Source: Thermodesulfovibrionales bacterium
GTDB lineage: Bacteria; Nitrospirota; Thermodesulfovibrionia; Thermodesulfovibrionales; SM23-35
Reading direction: 5' to 3'
Assembly (NCBI GenBank): GCA_963715195.1
Contig: CAVQRT010000030.1
Span: 32,001 to 96,000 of the forward strand
DNA: 64,000 bases
Shown here: positions 41,436 to 50,903 of the stretch, piece after piece
Position numbering within the stretch: the stretch's first letter is position 1
Layout: each line of letters opens with the position of its first letter
Notes under the pieces: model-generated
The model's database searches: none
Seen by the model: the letters and a program-made list of their open reading frames with translations, nothing else
What the model was told of the DNA's origin: nothing
Program-made: the position numbers and the translations under genes

Positions 41436-42428
41436 TTACTCCTTTTCTACAGGTAATCCGGCTGCTTTCATTTTTTCTCTGAAATCGTCTTCATATTCGT
41501 GATAGGTATGAACCTTAACCGGATAATTCCAGGGATTCACATGCATTTCAGCACGGTTGGTATTCGCAAGATTCCTTGTCGGGCTGAGGAAAACCCCTGC
41601 CATGTGCATCAGTTTGCTCATCGGGAAATACACAAGGAGAGAGCAGACAAGGAACAGATGGATATAAAATATGATATTGATGCCCTGAGGAACAACCGGG
41701 TTCAATGTTACCCACCCCATTGTTAACTCTTTGATTCCGACAACGTCTGTCTTCAGAAAATACCGCATCAAAACCCCGGTTACCCCGATAGCGCAAATCA
41801 GGAAGAGCGGGAAATAATCGGCAGCGAGGGAAATATAGCGCATCTGGGGGATAACAACTCTCCGGAGGAAAAGGAATGTTACAGCACCGAGAAATATCAA
41901 ATCAGTGATGTAGAGGACCGGTGCACCAACCTGGAAGAAACCATCGAGGGATTCAACGATGCTAATCACGCCGGGTACCGGCTCAAAGAATAACCGCATG
42001 TGCCTGATGAGAATGACAAGAAATGTATAATGAAAAGCAAGACCGCCCAGCCACAGCCATTTTGATGAAGCATAGGAGATTTTCGGACCGTCCCTCAATT
42101 CCGCCCGTGTATTTCTGAACAGTGACCGGAAGAGAAGCACTTCGAGTGCCATTCGGACGATGACACCGAAGCCCGAAGACGGGTTATCGATACTGTTTGC
42201 CTTAATCCAGGGAAATGATTTCTCCTGCCCTGCAGTTGTTGGTATGCGGAACGGGACCGGTATCTTTCCCCATTTCAAGACGCGGTAGACAATCCCGACG
42301 ATGAAGGTGAGAAACGCCGCATACGGAATTATCACTCCGAACAAGTAATAAAGGTTTGCCCCGCTGACTCCGATAAATACAACCGCAATAAGAGCTACCA
42401 CCGCGAAGAAGGAAAATAAAAGTCCCAT
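41436..42428 (-). CDS. dsrM: DsrM cytochrome b (NarI-like)
   Basis: PFRIPTT.GQ, FRSLFRN, heme His in AFHY..RHMR and IHLF..KLMH. Confidence 0.93.
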   Translation of the reverse strand: MGLLFSFFAVVALIAVVFIGVSGANLYYLFGVIIPYAAFLTFIVGIVYRVLKWGKIPVPFRIPTTAGQEKSFPWIKANSIDNPSSGFGVIVRMALEVLLFRSLFRNTRAELRDGPKISYASSKWLWLGGLAFHYTFLVILIRHMRLFFEPVPGVISIVESLDGFFQVGAPVLYITDLIFLGAVTFLFLRRVVIPQMRYISLAADYFPLFLICAIGVTGVLMRYFLKTDVVGIKELTMGWVTLNPVVPQGINIIFYIHLFLVCSLLVYFPMSKLMHMAGVFLSPTRNLANTNRAEMHVNPWNYPVKVHTYHEYEDDFREKMKAAGLPVEKE

Positions 42429-42440
42429 AATGTTACCCCT

Positions 42441-42995
42441 TTATTTTTGAGTTAATACTGATTCTTCTCCGGGAGATGACTCCTCTTCCTGAACATCACA
42501 GACGATATTTGCCCTTTTCAGGAGCCTGGAAGTCATTCTCCTCACATCATCAGTTTTCAGTTCATAAATTCTCTCCCGGCATTTCATGTAAATATCAAAG
42601 GAGAGAAGGATAAGCTGATCAATCTGCGCCTCAAATTCGCTCAATTCATCCAGAAGATTCCTTTTTCTTATTTCACTGCCCGCTTCTTCCCTGATTACTT
42701 TCTTCAGGAGAAAAAGAAAAGAAATAGCCTTTGATGGAGTGAAATCCTGAACCGCTTTAATTTTTATGATGTCATTGAGGATAGGGAAAAACTTCTCAGG
42801 TTCAGAGTTCTGCACAAGCTCATTGAAGATATCTCTTATGCCCTCTGAAATGGTGTGTCCGACCGGATTCAAGAACCGGTCTTGCTGTTTTTGAAAGAAA
42901 TTGGAACTGTCAGCCGGATAATTTGCAAAGACTGCCTGAACCCATTTTTTGACAATAGAAGATTTCTTCTCTTCCAGCAGTCCCCTTAGGTTCAT
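42441..42995 (-). CDS. dsrT: DsrT (RsbRD-N domain protein)
   Basis: DRFLNPVG, KIKAVQDFTPS.A, FDIYMKCRE; directly upstream of dsrM. Confidence 0.88.
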   Translation of the reverse strand: MNLRGLLEEKKSSIVKKWVQAVFANYPADSSNFFQKQQDRFLNPVGHTISEGIRDIFNELVQNSEPEKFFPILNDIIKIKAVQDFTPSKAISFLFLLKKVIREEAGSEIRKRNLLDELSEFEAQIDQLILLSFDIYMKCRERIYELKTDDVRRMTSRLLKRANIVCDVQEEESSPGEESVLTQK

Positions 42996-43118
42996 ATCCG
43001 GTATGCTCTTCTCCTTACTCCATATTCCGCTGATTTCTGCACAGGCTTATTTGACGTTTCATGCATATCTGCACTTCAAACACTTATTGATGATCAATCA
43101 GCAAGCACACAAAACCTT

Positions 43119-43166
43119 GAAGAGCAAGAAGTTATTGGGTGAATCTGATATTCCTTCTTGCTCTTC
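43119..43166. terminator. 13-bp perfect stem-loop downstream of dsrC
   Basis: GAAGAGCAAGAAG-22nt-CTTCTTGCTCTTC. Confidence 0.55.
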
Positions 43167-43181
43167 TGAATAGCTCTATTA

Positions 43182-43517
43182 TTATACGCAGCCCGTCGGT
43201 TTTGGAAGGCCGGCATATCTGCATGCCTGCTTTGCAGGACCCGCCGGGAAGAGCTCATACAGGTACTTGGTATTCCCTTTTTCCGGACCCATGGCTTTAC
43301 CGATTTCTTTCACGAGAATTTTGATCATCGGTGCGATCTGGAACTTCATAAAGTATTCTCTGAGGAACTTGATGATTTCCCAGTGCTCACCGGTCAGCTC
43401 AAGACCGTCCTCTTTTGCCATGACTCCAGCCATTCCCTCTTTCCATGACTGCCAATCTACCAAGTAACCATCCTCATCAATCTCATACTGTGCACCTTCA
43501 AACTCCAAATGTGGCAT
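43182..43517 (-). CDS. dsrC: DsrC sulfur carrier
   Basis: DEDGYL, LFPAGPAKQACRYAGLPKPTGCV with both conserved C-terminal Cys. Confidence 0.96.
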   Translation of the reverse strand: MPHLEFEGAQYEIDEDGYLVDWQSWKEGMAGVMAKEDGLELTGEHWEIIKFLREYFMKFQIAPMIKILVKEIGKAMGPEKGNTKYLYELFPAGPAKQACRYAGLPKPTGCV

Positions 43518-43694
43518 CGTTGCTTCCTCCTTCTTTTGAAATGTAGTTTATTTGATAGAAGACCTCTCCCATCAATCCCAGGCTGATTATCTTATCATAC
43601 ACATGAGTCTTCTTTCAACGGAACATGAAAAGATTTCTTCTGAATGGGTTATACAAGGTAATACAAAGAGATAACGATGGTCAAATAAAAAAAT

Positions 43695-45089
43695 TTAATT
43701 TAAAGATAAGTTTTTTTGTTGATAAGCGCACGCAGCCTGTATCATTCCCTGAGCCCATTCGGGTGTCCCAATGGCATGAACGTGAGTATATGTCGCAAGG
43801 ACATTCTGGTAGCGAAGCCCTTCCATTCCATTGGTTATTCCCTCTCCTTTCATCACAGTAAAAACAAAATCGTACTGATCAGTTGTGTCCATCGACCGTA
43901 TATAGGAATAATGAAATTCATGCCCGCGGAGCATTTGGCCATTTGCATAAAAAGGATTTGATCCCGTTACTTTAAGAAAAGTATATCCGTGTCCCCGGGG
44001 TTTTTTGCTCACACCTATTTCGGCAGGAAGGATATCAACCATTGGGTAGGTCTTTCCATCCCATACCAATTTTCTGGAGAGATACATAAGCCCTCCGCAT
44101 TCAGCATAGATCGGCAGTCCCTGTTCCGCAGCGTTCTTAATGTCATGCTTCAGTTTCACATTTTCCGCAAGAGAGAGAGCGTGAGTCTCGGGAAAACCGC
44201 CCCCTATGTAAAGTGCATCAAGGGAAGGAGGCAGGGTGTCTGTCAGTGCGCTGAATTCGAAGAGATCAGCCCCAGCCCTTTTCAAGGCATCTAAATTTTC
44301 CGGATAATAAAACTGAAAGGCTGCGTCGCGGATTATGCCGATGTTCACTTTTTTCCCCGCACGTTCGGCCCTATCAGGAGTGGTACAATCCAATGGCGGT
44401 GCGTTCTGTGCAATCTTCCATATCTGTTCTGTATCCATATACTTCCGCATGATTTCAGAAGCACTTCGAAGAGCTTCTTCAGATTCCGGGTGTTCTTGCG
44501 GTGGCACCAATCCGAGATGCCTGCCCGGGAATTTTATATTTTTCAGTTTCGGTATCGCACCGACAACCGGAACATTGCAGTAATATTCGACACTCTTCCG
44601 GACAGTCGACTCGTGGCGGGCACCCGCCAGTTTGTTGAGGATCACCCCTTTGATGGAGACTTCCGGGTCCATGGTCTGACATCCCATCACCAGAGCAGCC
44701 ACGGTCCGTGTAACCTTTGTGCAATCGACAACAAGGACGACAGGAGACTTGAGGAGTTTCGCTATTTCAGCGGTGCTGACATTCCCTTCCACATCCATTC
44801 CGTCATAGAGCCCCCGGTTCCCTTCGATAACAGAGATATCCGTGGTTCTGCTATTCATACAGAAAGAGGAAAGCACCTGATCTTTATTCATAAGGAAAAG
44901 GTCTACGTTATAACAGGAGTGGAATGCCCCCCGGCTAAGCCATTCCATATCGATATAATCGGGGCCTTTCTTGAAGGGAGCTACTCTGTAGCCCTTCTCG
45001 TGCCAGAGGCGGCACAATCCGACACTGATGGCAGTTTTGCCGGTATCGCCGCCAAGGCCCGCAATTGTGAGCCTTGGGCAAAAAATCAT
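43695..45089 (-). CDS. dsrN: DsrN siroheme amidase (cobyrinate a,c-diamide synthase family)
   Basis: GKT, KKGPDYID, EGNRGL, AECGG, HEFHYS; located in the dsr cluster. Confidence 0.88.
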   Translation of the reverse strand: MIFCPRLTIAGLGGDTGKTAISVGLCRLWHEKGYRVAPFKKGPDYIDMEWLSRGAFHSCYNVDLFLMNKDQVLSSFCMNSRTTDISVIEGNRGLYDGMDVEGNVSTAEIAKLLKSPVVLVVDCTKVTRTVAALVMGCQTMDPEVSIKGVILNKLAGARHESTVRKSVEYYCNVPVVGAIPKLKNIKFPGRHLGLVPPQEHPESEEALRSASEIMRKYMDTEQIWKIAQNAPPLDCTTPDRAERAGKKVNIGIIRDAAFQFYYPENLDALKRAGADLFEFSALTDTLPPSLDALYIGGGFPETHALSLAENVKLKHDIKNAAEQGLPIYAECGGLMYLSRKLVWDGKTYPMVDILPAEIGVSKKPRGHGYTFLKVTGSNPFYANGQMLRGHEFHYSYIRSMDTTDQYDFVFTVMKGEGITNGMEGLRYQNVLATYTHVHAIGTPEWAQGMIQAACAYQQKNLSLN

Positions 45090-45322
45090 TTTCTGCCGGG
45101 AATTTCAAGAGTAGCGCACGAACCGCTGCTGCAGCTCTTCACCGTCGTTTTGGTTCCGCTGCCACGGACAGAGGCGCCGATATTAATCGTGCTGAGAACC
45201 CGTTCTATTTCAGGGGAACCACACTTCGGGCACTTCATCTTCACGCCATCGTCTTCTTTTTTCAGCTTTAGAAGCTCAAAAACCTTCCCGCACTTAAGGC
45301 ATCGAAATTCGTAAATAGGCAT
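45086..45322 (-). CDS. FmdB-family zinc-ribbon protein
   Basis: MPIYEFRCLKCG..CPKCGS..CSSGSC; overlaps the dsrN start. Confidence 0.9.
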   Translation of the reverse strand: MPIYEFRCLKCGKVFELLKLKKEDDGVKMKCPKCGSPEIERVLSTINIGASVRGSGTKTTVKSCSSGSCATLEIPGRK

Positions 45323-45447
45323 CGCAGACTCCTTTCTGTATTTAAAAAATAGGGTGCTTGAGGGCTATTTCTACAATAAATATGCCATTCCTGAAAAGTC
45401 AAGGAACCTTTCCCATGGGTGAATAGTCAGGTCAAATTCCATCAATT

Positions 45448-45525
45448 TGTCATTCACGCAAGCGAAGCGCGTCGGGAATCCTTCTTAGAAGCCATCGGAA
45501 AAATTCCTGCCAAGCTGCAATGGCA
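45448..45525 (+). repeat. Degenerate GTCAT...GGAATGAC-type palindromic (REP-like) element
   Basis: TGTCATTC..GGGAATCC..ATTCCTGCCAAGCTGCAATGGCA. Confidence 0.6.
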
Positions 45526-45684
45526 TAAAATATCTTGCAACGGAGAGACCGTTTTCCAACAATGAATTAGCCGTACTAATAATATAAACCTGATTGATAA
45601 CCAGACCAACCGCTATTTCCTCAATTCTAGCAAGAAAGCTATAATACATATATAGCAATAAAGAAAATTATCAAAGGAGTCCTT

Positions 45685-46758
45685 ATGGCCACAGTACCCG
45701 AAGAACCCCGCTGTCCTTTCTGTTACTCTCCGATCGAGCCACCGAGGGAATTGCTCCAGAGAAAAGTTGTAGAATTCCCGATCGGTGCCTGCTCGTATTG
45801 TGGTGCTGTATATGCATATGACACAACAGGACATAACATGGGAGCCGCCTTTATTGAAGCTCTCCTTTTCGCCTGTAATGAGGATGACTATTTGGCATTT
45901 TCACTCTCCCACGGCACTGATTATACCGATGCTGTGATTGGAAACTATGATATTGTCACCCACACGGTTACACCGGACAGGGTATACCACGACCGGTATG
46001 TGCGGGGTGCCCTTGTGTTTGTAAAGCTTTTTGACCAGTTCCATGAGGCAACCAAGGATAAGGTAAAGGAAAAACTCAAATACACGACACCCATTCATAA
46101 AACGAAATTGCGCTCGGACAATTTCTCGAAGGAAAAAGTGAGGAAATATGTTTCAGGGAATAATCTTCAGGACCTTATCGCACTCGCTGATGAAGATTCG
46201 CGGGTGATCAATGAACTGCAACGCATGCTCTATACCCCTGATGAACACGCACGGTGGAATATCATTGAGATGCTCGGTGAGGTAAGCAGGAGCGTTGCTG
46301 AAAAGCGTCCTGATCTCGTCAGTAAATTAATAACCAATCTCCTTCAGAGTGCAGCATATCCCGGGGCATCAGCGTGGGGTGCACTTGAGGCAATTGGTAC
46401 TATCATCAGCACAAATCCCCGGCTTTTCAAGGATTTCACACAACCGCTTCTCTCTTTTATGGCCCAGCAGAACTTGTGGAGGGAGGTAACCTGGGCTGTC
46501 GGCAAGATAGCATCTGCAGACCCTGCCGTCGCCAAGTGCGCATTCCGCGCTCTCGCTGATTTCCTGAACAATCCCGATCCCGTGCTCCGTGGCTATGCAG
46601 CATGGGCTCTCGGCAGTATCGGGTTCAGCGACGTCACCCAAAAATTGAAAGACCTCGAGACGGATGACAATAAACTCTCCCTGTGGAGAGACGGTGCCAT
46701 GCAGGAAGTGACTGTCGGTCAGCTCGCGGAAGAGGCTGTCCGGAAAATTTCCGGGTGA
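45685..46758 (+). CDS. Zinc-finger plus DVU0298-like HEAT-repeat protein
   Basis: CPFC..CSYCG N-terminus; helical repeats RWNIIEMLG, WAVGKI, RGYAAWALG. Confidence 0.75.
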   Translation: MATVPEEPRCPFCYSPIEPPRELLQRKVVEFPIGACSYCGAVYAYDTTGHNMGAAFIEALLFACNEDDYLAFSLSHGTDYTDAVIGNYDIVTHTVTPDRVYHDRYVRGALVFVKLFDQFHEATKDKVKEKLKYTTPIHKTKLRSDNFSKEKVRKYVSGNNLQDLIALADEDSRVINELQRMLYTPDEHARWNIIEMLGEVSRSVAEKRPDLVSKLITNLLQSAAYPGASAWGALEAIGTIISTNPRLFKDFTQPLLSFMAQQNLWREVTWAVGKIASADPAVAKCAFRALADFLNNPDPVLRGYAAWALGSIGFSDVTQKLKDLETDDNKLSLWRDGAMQEVTVGQLAEEAVRKISG

Positions 46759-47981
46759 AGAGACCCTCGATACATTACCTTGTCGCATCTCCCGCTGGCG
46801 ACATCCCTGTTGATACCAGCAGGCTCGATTATCCCCTTGAAGGTGACCCGCTGCAAACTCCTTACCGAATTTATTTTCAGGCAATATCCGATTTTCTCTC
46901 AAGGGAACATTTCCAGCCGCTGCTTAAGGCAGTCAACGAGCACCTTGGGACTGATTTCGATCTCGGTGCACTCAATGAAATTATTGTCCGCACAGAAAAA
47001 CATGGAGCACTCTATCATCCTGCAAGCATCGAGTGTATGCTGAGGGATGGAAGGGCAAAATTCGGTCTTCATGTGGCAATGACTGATATCGGAAGGGATT
47101 GCTTAATAAAAGAATTCGCTCTCCTAAAAACGCTGCATGCCCGCTTCAGTTTCTCGCATATCCCTATGCCATATCATGCGGCCGAACTGCATTCAATGGT
47201 ATTCCTACTCGAAGAGTGGTTTGAAGACTATCATGAATTTCATATCGCAAAAACAGAAAACGGTAAACAACAGATGAAACTTTGGGAATATGGCAAAGGA
47301 GATCGGGTTCTCTCGTCTGAACAGGGCTTTGAGATTTACCGGCAGGCAGCACAGATCCTCACGCTGTATTATGATCTGAATGATTTTCACTTGATTTATC
47401 CATGGCATCATGCTGCGGGGGATTTTGTGGTAAGAATTGGGAAAGACAGTAATCCCCCCCAACCCCCCTTTAGAAAAGGGGGGAATACCAGGAATGTTTT
47501 AGATGATGATAAAAATCAAAACATTCCCCCTTTAGGAAAGGGGGATAGAGGGGGATTTCTAGACAAAATAGACGTGAAGCTCACTACAGTAAGGGGCTAT
47601 GAACCTTTTCTAAGAATCGCGGAAGACGACATGATTTCTCCCGTACTTGCACTCTTTTACTTTCTCCTGCACCTTTCGATACAGATGCGTCTTGACAAAC
47701 TTGATGGTGTCGGTGAAGTTGCGTGGGCGGATGATTTGTGCGTTGATGCTACCCTAACCGGTTTCCTGGAGGGACTCAAAAGAAAAAACGATTTCAGGGA
47801 ATGTTGCGGCTCGGTAAGGTCTTTTCTGATGCTCCTGAAATCATTTACGAAAGAGGATCTTAGAAAAACAGCCGCTCCGATCGCAGAACAGTTTGAACAA
47901 ACAAAAGACTACAGGATAATCCAGGAACACTTCGAAGAACACGTTGAAAGACTGTATCTTACGCTTCAAAATTTCCCCTGA
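46755..47981 (+). CDS. Conserved hypothetical protein, possible kinase-like fold; contains an in-frame palindromic insert
   Basis: GTGA overlap with the upstream stop; KHGALYHP, WHHAAGDFVV and RLDKLDGVG motifs. Confidence 0.7.
   Translation: MKRPSIHYLVASPAGDIPVDTSRLDYPLEGDPLQTPYRIYFQAISDFLSREHFQPLLKAVNEHLGTDFDLGALNEIIVRTEKHGALYHPASIECMLRDGRAKFGLHVAMTDIGRDCLIKEFALLKTLHARFSFSHIPMPYHAAELHSMVFLLEEWFEDYHEFHIAKTENGKQQMKLWEYGKGDRVLSSEQGFEIYRQAAQILTLYYDLNDFHLIYPWHHAAGDFVVRIGKDSNPPQPPFRKGGNTRNVLDDDKNQNIPPLGKGDRGGFLDKIDVKLTTVRGYEPFLRIAEDDMISPVLALFYFLLHLSIQMRLDKLDGVGEVAWADDLCVDATLTGFLEGLKRKNDFRECCGSVRSFLMLLKSFTKEDLRKTAAPIAEQFEQTKDYRIIQEHFEEHVERLYLTLQNFP
47451..47558. repeat. CCCCCTTT..AAAGGGGG palindromic element inside a CDS
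   Basis: AATCCCCC...GGGGGATT ends, two internal hairpins, 108 bp = 36 codons. Confidence 0.8.
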
Positions 47982-48606
47982 TGATATCCTCAAAGGACAT
48001 CCTCACTACCCGCGCGAGAGGGAGCATGAGCGTCGCTTTTGCAGCAGGGTTGAGGTATCCTGCCTCTGCAAATAGCTCTTTAGAAAGCTTGACGAGTTCA
48101 TGGTAAATGCTATCGAGCTTTACCGTTGGATATGTTGCTTTCTCCTCAAAACCTGAGAGATTGCATACGTATGAACGCTCTTTTTTGTCCTGATTCAAGC
48201 TGTAAGGGACTCCATAGACACGGCAGATAATGGGGCGGCTTTCGTAGAAGGCACACTCTTCTTTTTCAGAAAGGAACGGGCATCTCACCCGTTGTTTGCC
48301 AAGACCGTATACTTTCATATCCGGTTTGTCATCAAAGACTTTCAGGGTATCCTTGGCCCTGAGTACTTCTTCCTCTGCTTTCTCTGCCCTTCTGAGAATG
48401 TCGCGCCGGACTTTTCTCTCAAGCCTGTTGAAATGATAATTGATAAACGCCGCTTCTACTGGCAGGACGCCGAAGACAGCATGGCAGCAATCGCAGCAGC
48501 GGATTCTGCATCGCACACTGTCCGGATATTTTTCCCGGATGGTTTTAAAGAGGACATCTGCCTTCCGTGCATAAATCGAATACCTCGAAAAAAGCTCTTC
48601 TATCAT
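47959..48606 (-). CDS. YkgJ-family cysteine-cluster (CxxxCCxCC) protein
   Basis: CRIRCCDCC, CPFL, CAFYESRPIICRVYG. Confidence 0.9.
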   Translation of the reverse strand: MIEELFSRYSIYARKADVLFKTIREKYPDSVRCRIRCCDCCHAVFGVLPVEAAFINYHFNRLERKVRRDILRRAEKAEEEVLRAKDTLKVFDDKPDMKVYGLGKQRVRCPFLSEKEECAFYESRPIICRVYGVPYSLNQDKKERSYVCNLSGFEEKATYPTVKLDSIYHELVKLSKELFAEAGYLNPAAKATLMLPLARVVRMSFEDIIRGNFEA

Positions 48607-49313
48607 TCTGCTTTTTTAGCCGACGCTCCTTTTGAGGTTTTCCTCTTTGCTGACATTGTCGCTTTTTTCCGGCGGGTCTGGCTTTTCCCTTTTTCCCGGT
48701 ATGGGTCAAGCAGTTTCAGGAAATCCGGATGGACCTCAAAGCCCAAAGCTAAGGCTTTATCAGAATGCTCAATCGCCTTTTCAAACTCCCCCGTATAGTA
48801 ATAGGCATTCGCAAGGTTGTTATGCCCGAGGGCAAAATCGGCAGCTTTTTCAAGCATTTTTGTATTGACTTCGATGCTCTTCGCTATGTCCCCCTTCTGG
48901 AGATACGCATTGGCAAGATTGCATTCTGCCTGAACAATGTCCGGATTTAATTCCAGAGCCTTTTGCAGAGCCTCTATCGCTTCGTCAGTCTTTCCCATTT
49001 GAAGGTAAGCGAACCCAAGATTGGAATACCCCCGCGCATAGCGGGGTTCTATATCCACAGCCCGGAGATTTGCCTTCACAACTTTTTCGAGGTCCCCTTC
49101 CTTAAAATAAATATATCCAAGGTTAACAAAGGCCTCGAACATCCTGACGCCGGTCTCAATCGACTCTTCAAAAGCATCAATCGCCTTGTCAAATTTCCCC
49201 TGCTGCATAAAGGCGACACCCAGGTTGTAAAAGGAAGAAGCACATTCCGGGTTCTGAGCAAGAAGGAGCTTCTGTTCAGCTATAAACTCTTCAATGTTTT
49301 TTAAATCTTTCAT
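48603..49313 (-). CDS. Tetratricopeptide repeat protein
   Basis: Five or more YNLG/NLG/NLA TPR units. Confidence 0.9.
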   Translation of the reverse strand: MKDLKNIEEFIAEQKLLLAQNPECASSFYNLGVAFMQQGKFDKAIDAFEESIETGVRMFEAFVNLGYIYFKEGDLEKVVKANLRAVDIEPRYARGYSNLGFAYLQMGKTDEAIEALQKALELNPDIVQAECNLANAYLQKGDIAKSIEVNTKMLEKAADFALGHNNLANAYYYTGEFEKAIEHSDKALALGFEVHPDFLKLLDPYREKGKSQTRRKKATMSAKRKTSKGASAKKAE

Positions 49314-49324
49314 ATCATTTTTTC

Positions 49325-49370
49325 AAAAGAAGAAGCACGGGCGGTCTTTGAAAACTACCCGTGCCTTTTT
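49325..49370. terminator. Stem-loop between dsrD and the TPR gene
   Basis: GCACGGG(C)GGT...ACT(A)CCCGTGC with T-rich flanks on both strands. Confidence 0.6.
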
Positions 49371-49401
49371 ATTGCAATGAACTGCTTTGTTATATTATTT
49401 T

Positions 49402-49659
49402 TTAGCCTCCGGTATCACCGGACTGTTCAACAGAGATGCCCCTCCCCTTTACTCCGTACATCGTTGAGCTCCCGGTTGAAAAGTACTCCATGACCCCTTC
49501 TGCTACAAGCTTGGAAGCAACACTCTTGACCTCAGAGGCTCCGGCATCAGGCACTACTTTTTTGACACCGGCAAGCATGTCCTTAAAATAGAACTTTGTT
49601 TTTGCTCCCTTTGAGCCGTAATCAAGAATTGCCTGCTTTATATCGTCTTCTCTGCTCAT
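49402..49659 (-). CDS. dsrD: DsrD
   Basis: KTKFYFKD..LVAEGVMEYFSTGSSTMYG; directly after dsrB. Confidence 0.92.
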   Translation of the reverse strand: MSREDDIKQAILDYGSKGAKTKFYFKDMLAGVKKVVPDAGASEVKSVASKLVAEGVMEYFSTGSSTMYGVKGRGISVEQSGDTGG

Positions 49660-49683
49660 AGTTGATTCTCCTTAATTATTTTA

Positions 49684-50862
49684 TTACATACCTCCGGCAG
49701 CCTTGGATACAGCCCATGCATGCTCCGTATACTTGAACTGTGTTGAGGTCCTGAACGTATCGTAGGCAAGACGGTAATCATCGAGTAAATGCCATGAGAA
49801 TTCCAGCCCACATTTTTCGAAGAACCTTTCCCAGCCGATACGCTCGGCCCAGTCACCGAGCCTCTCATATTTTTTCGCGTCTTTGGCGTAAGCCTCGACG
49901 ATCTGTTGAACCGTTTTAACCACGGTTGGCCAGCGAGGCATCTCATTCGGCAACCACGGCACAACTACCTTCGAGAATTTCGGCTGACTGAGTCTGTTCG
50001 AAATCTTTCCACCAGCCAGGATTGCCACGCCGTCTCCTTCCTTGTCTGCTAAAGGCAGACCCATGCACATGGTGTAACAGTTTCCGCAATACATACACTT
50101 TTCTACGTTAACCGATACACTCTTCTTCCCATCTTCGGTAGTAATCGGCTTAATAGCATATAACGGGCACGCGGCAACAACCAGTGGAATCTCACATGCC
50201 TTGCCGACAGCATCATTATCGATTGCGGGTGGCTTGCGGTGATAGCCGAGGAGGGCGATATCTGAACAGTGCACAGCGCCGCACATATTCAGACAGCATG
50301 CCATCGAAACCCTCAGTTTTGCAGGCATCCTCATCGTCTTGAAATCGTCGAATAAAGCGTCTGCAACAGCCTTAACGAGCCCGGATGCATCGGTAGCAGG
50401 GGTGTGGCAGTGAAGCCAGCCCTGGGTATGCACGATATTCGTAATTGAATTGCCCGTACCGCCGGTTGGAAACTTAAAAGATCCAGCGATAAATTTCCTG
50501 CTGTCCAGATCTTTTTTCAAGGCTCTCGCAGTATCTTCTTTGTCTGTTATAAACTCAACGTTATTCCTCGTCGTCCATCTCAAATATCCATTACAATACT
50601 TGTCTGCGATATCACAGAGCTCACGAATATGCTCGACAGACATGATGCGCGCACCACCACACCTCACCGTGTATGCTTTATCGCCTGTTTCAGAGACGTG
50701 CATCAGTAACCCTGGTTCCAGGACCCTGTGTGATGCCCAGTTGCCATAATTCTTCCTCAGAACAGGCGGCAAGAACTGCCCGTAGTGTGAAGGCCCTATA
50801 TCGGTAATCCTGCCTTCCTGCTTCTTTTCTGGATTATAATAGCCAAGTCTACCTTTCGACAT
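49684..50862 (-). CDS. dsrB: Dissimilatory sulfite reductase beta subunit
   Basis: [41 protein letters not shown]. Confidence 0.98.
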   Translation of the reverse strand: MSKGRLGYYNPEKKQEGRITDIGPSHYGQFLPPVLRKNYGNWASHRVLEPGLLMHVSETGDKAYTVRCGGARIMSVEHIRELCDIADKYCNGYLRWTTRNNVEFITDKEDTARALKKDLDSRKFIAGSFKFPTGGTGNSITNIVHTQGWLHCHTPATDASGLVKAVADALFDDFKTMRMPAKLRVSMACCLNMCGAVHCSDIALLGYHRKPPAIDNDAVGKACEIPLVVAACPLYAIKPITTEDGKKSVSVNVEKCMYCGNCYTMCMGLPLADKEGDGVAILAGGKISNRLSQPKFSKVVVPWLPNEMPRWPTVVKTVQQIVEAYAKDAKKYERLGDWAERIGWERFFEKCGLEFSWHLLDDYRLAYDTFRTSTQFKYTEHAWAVSKAAGGM

Positions 50863-50903
50863 GATATACCTCCTTTTTTATTTTCTCAAATATAGCAAAC
50901 TTT

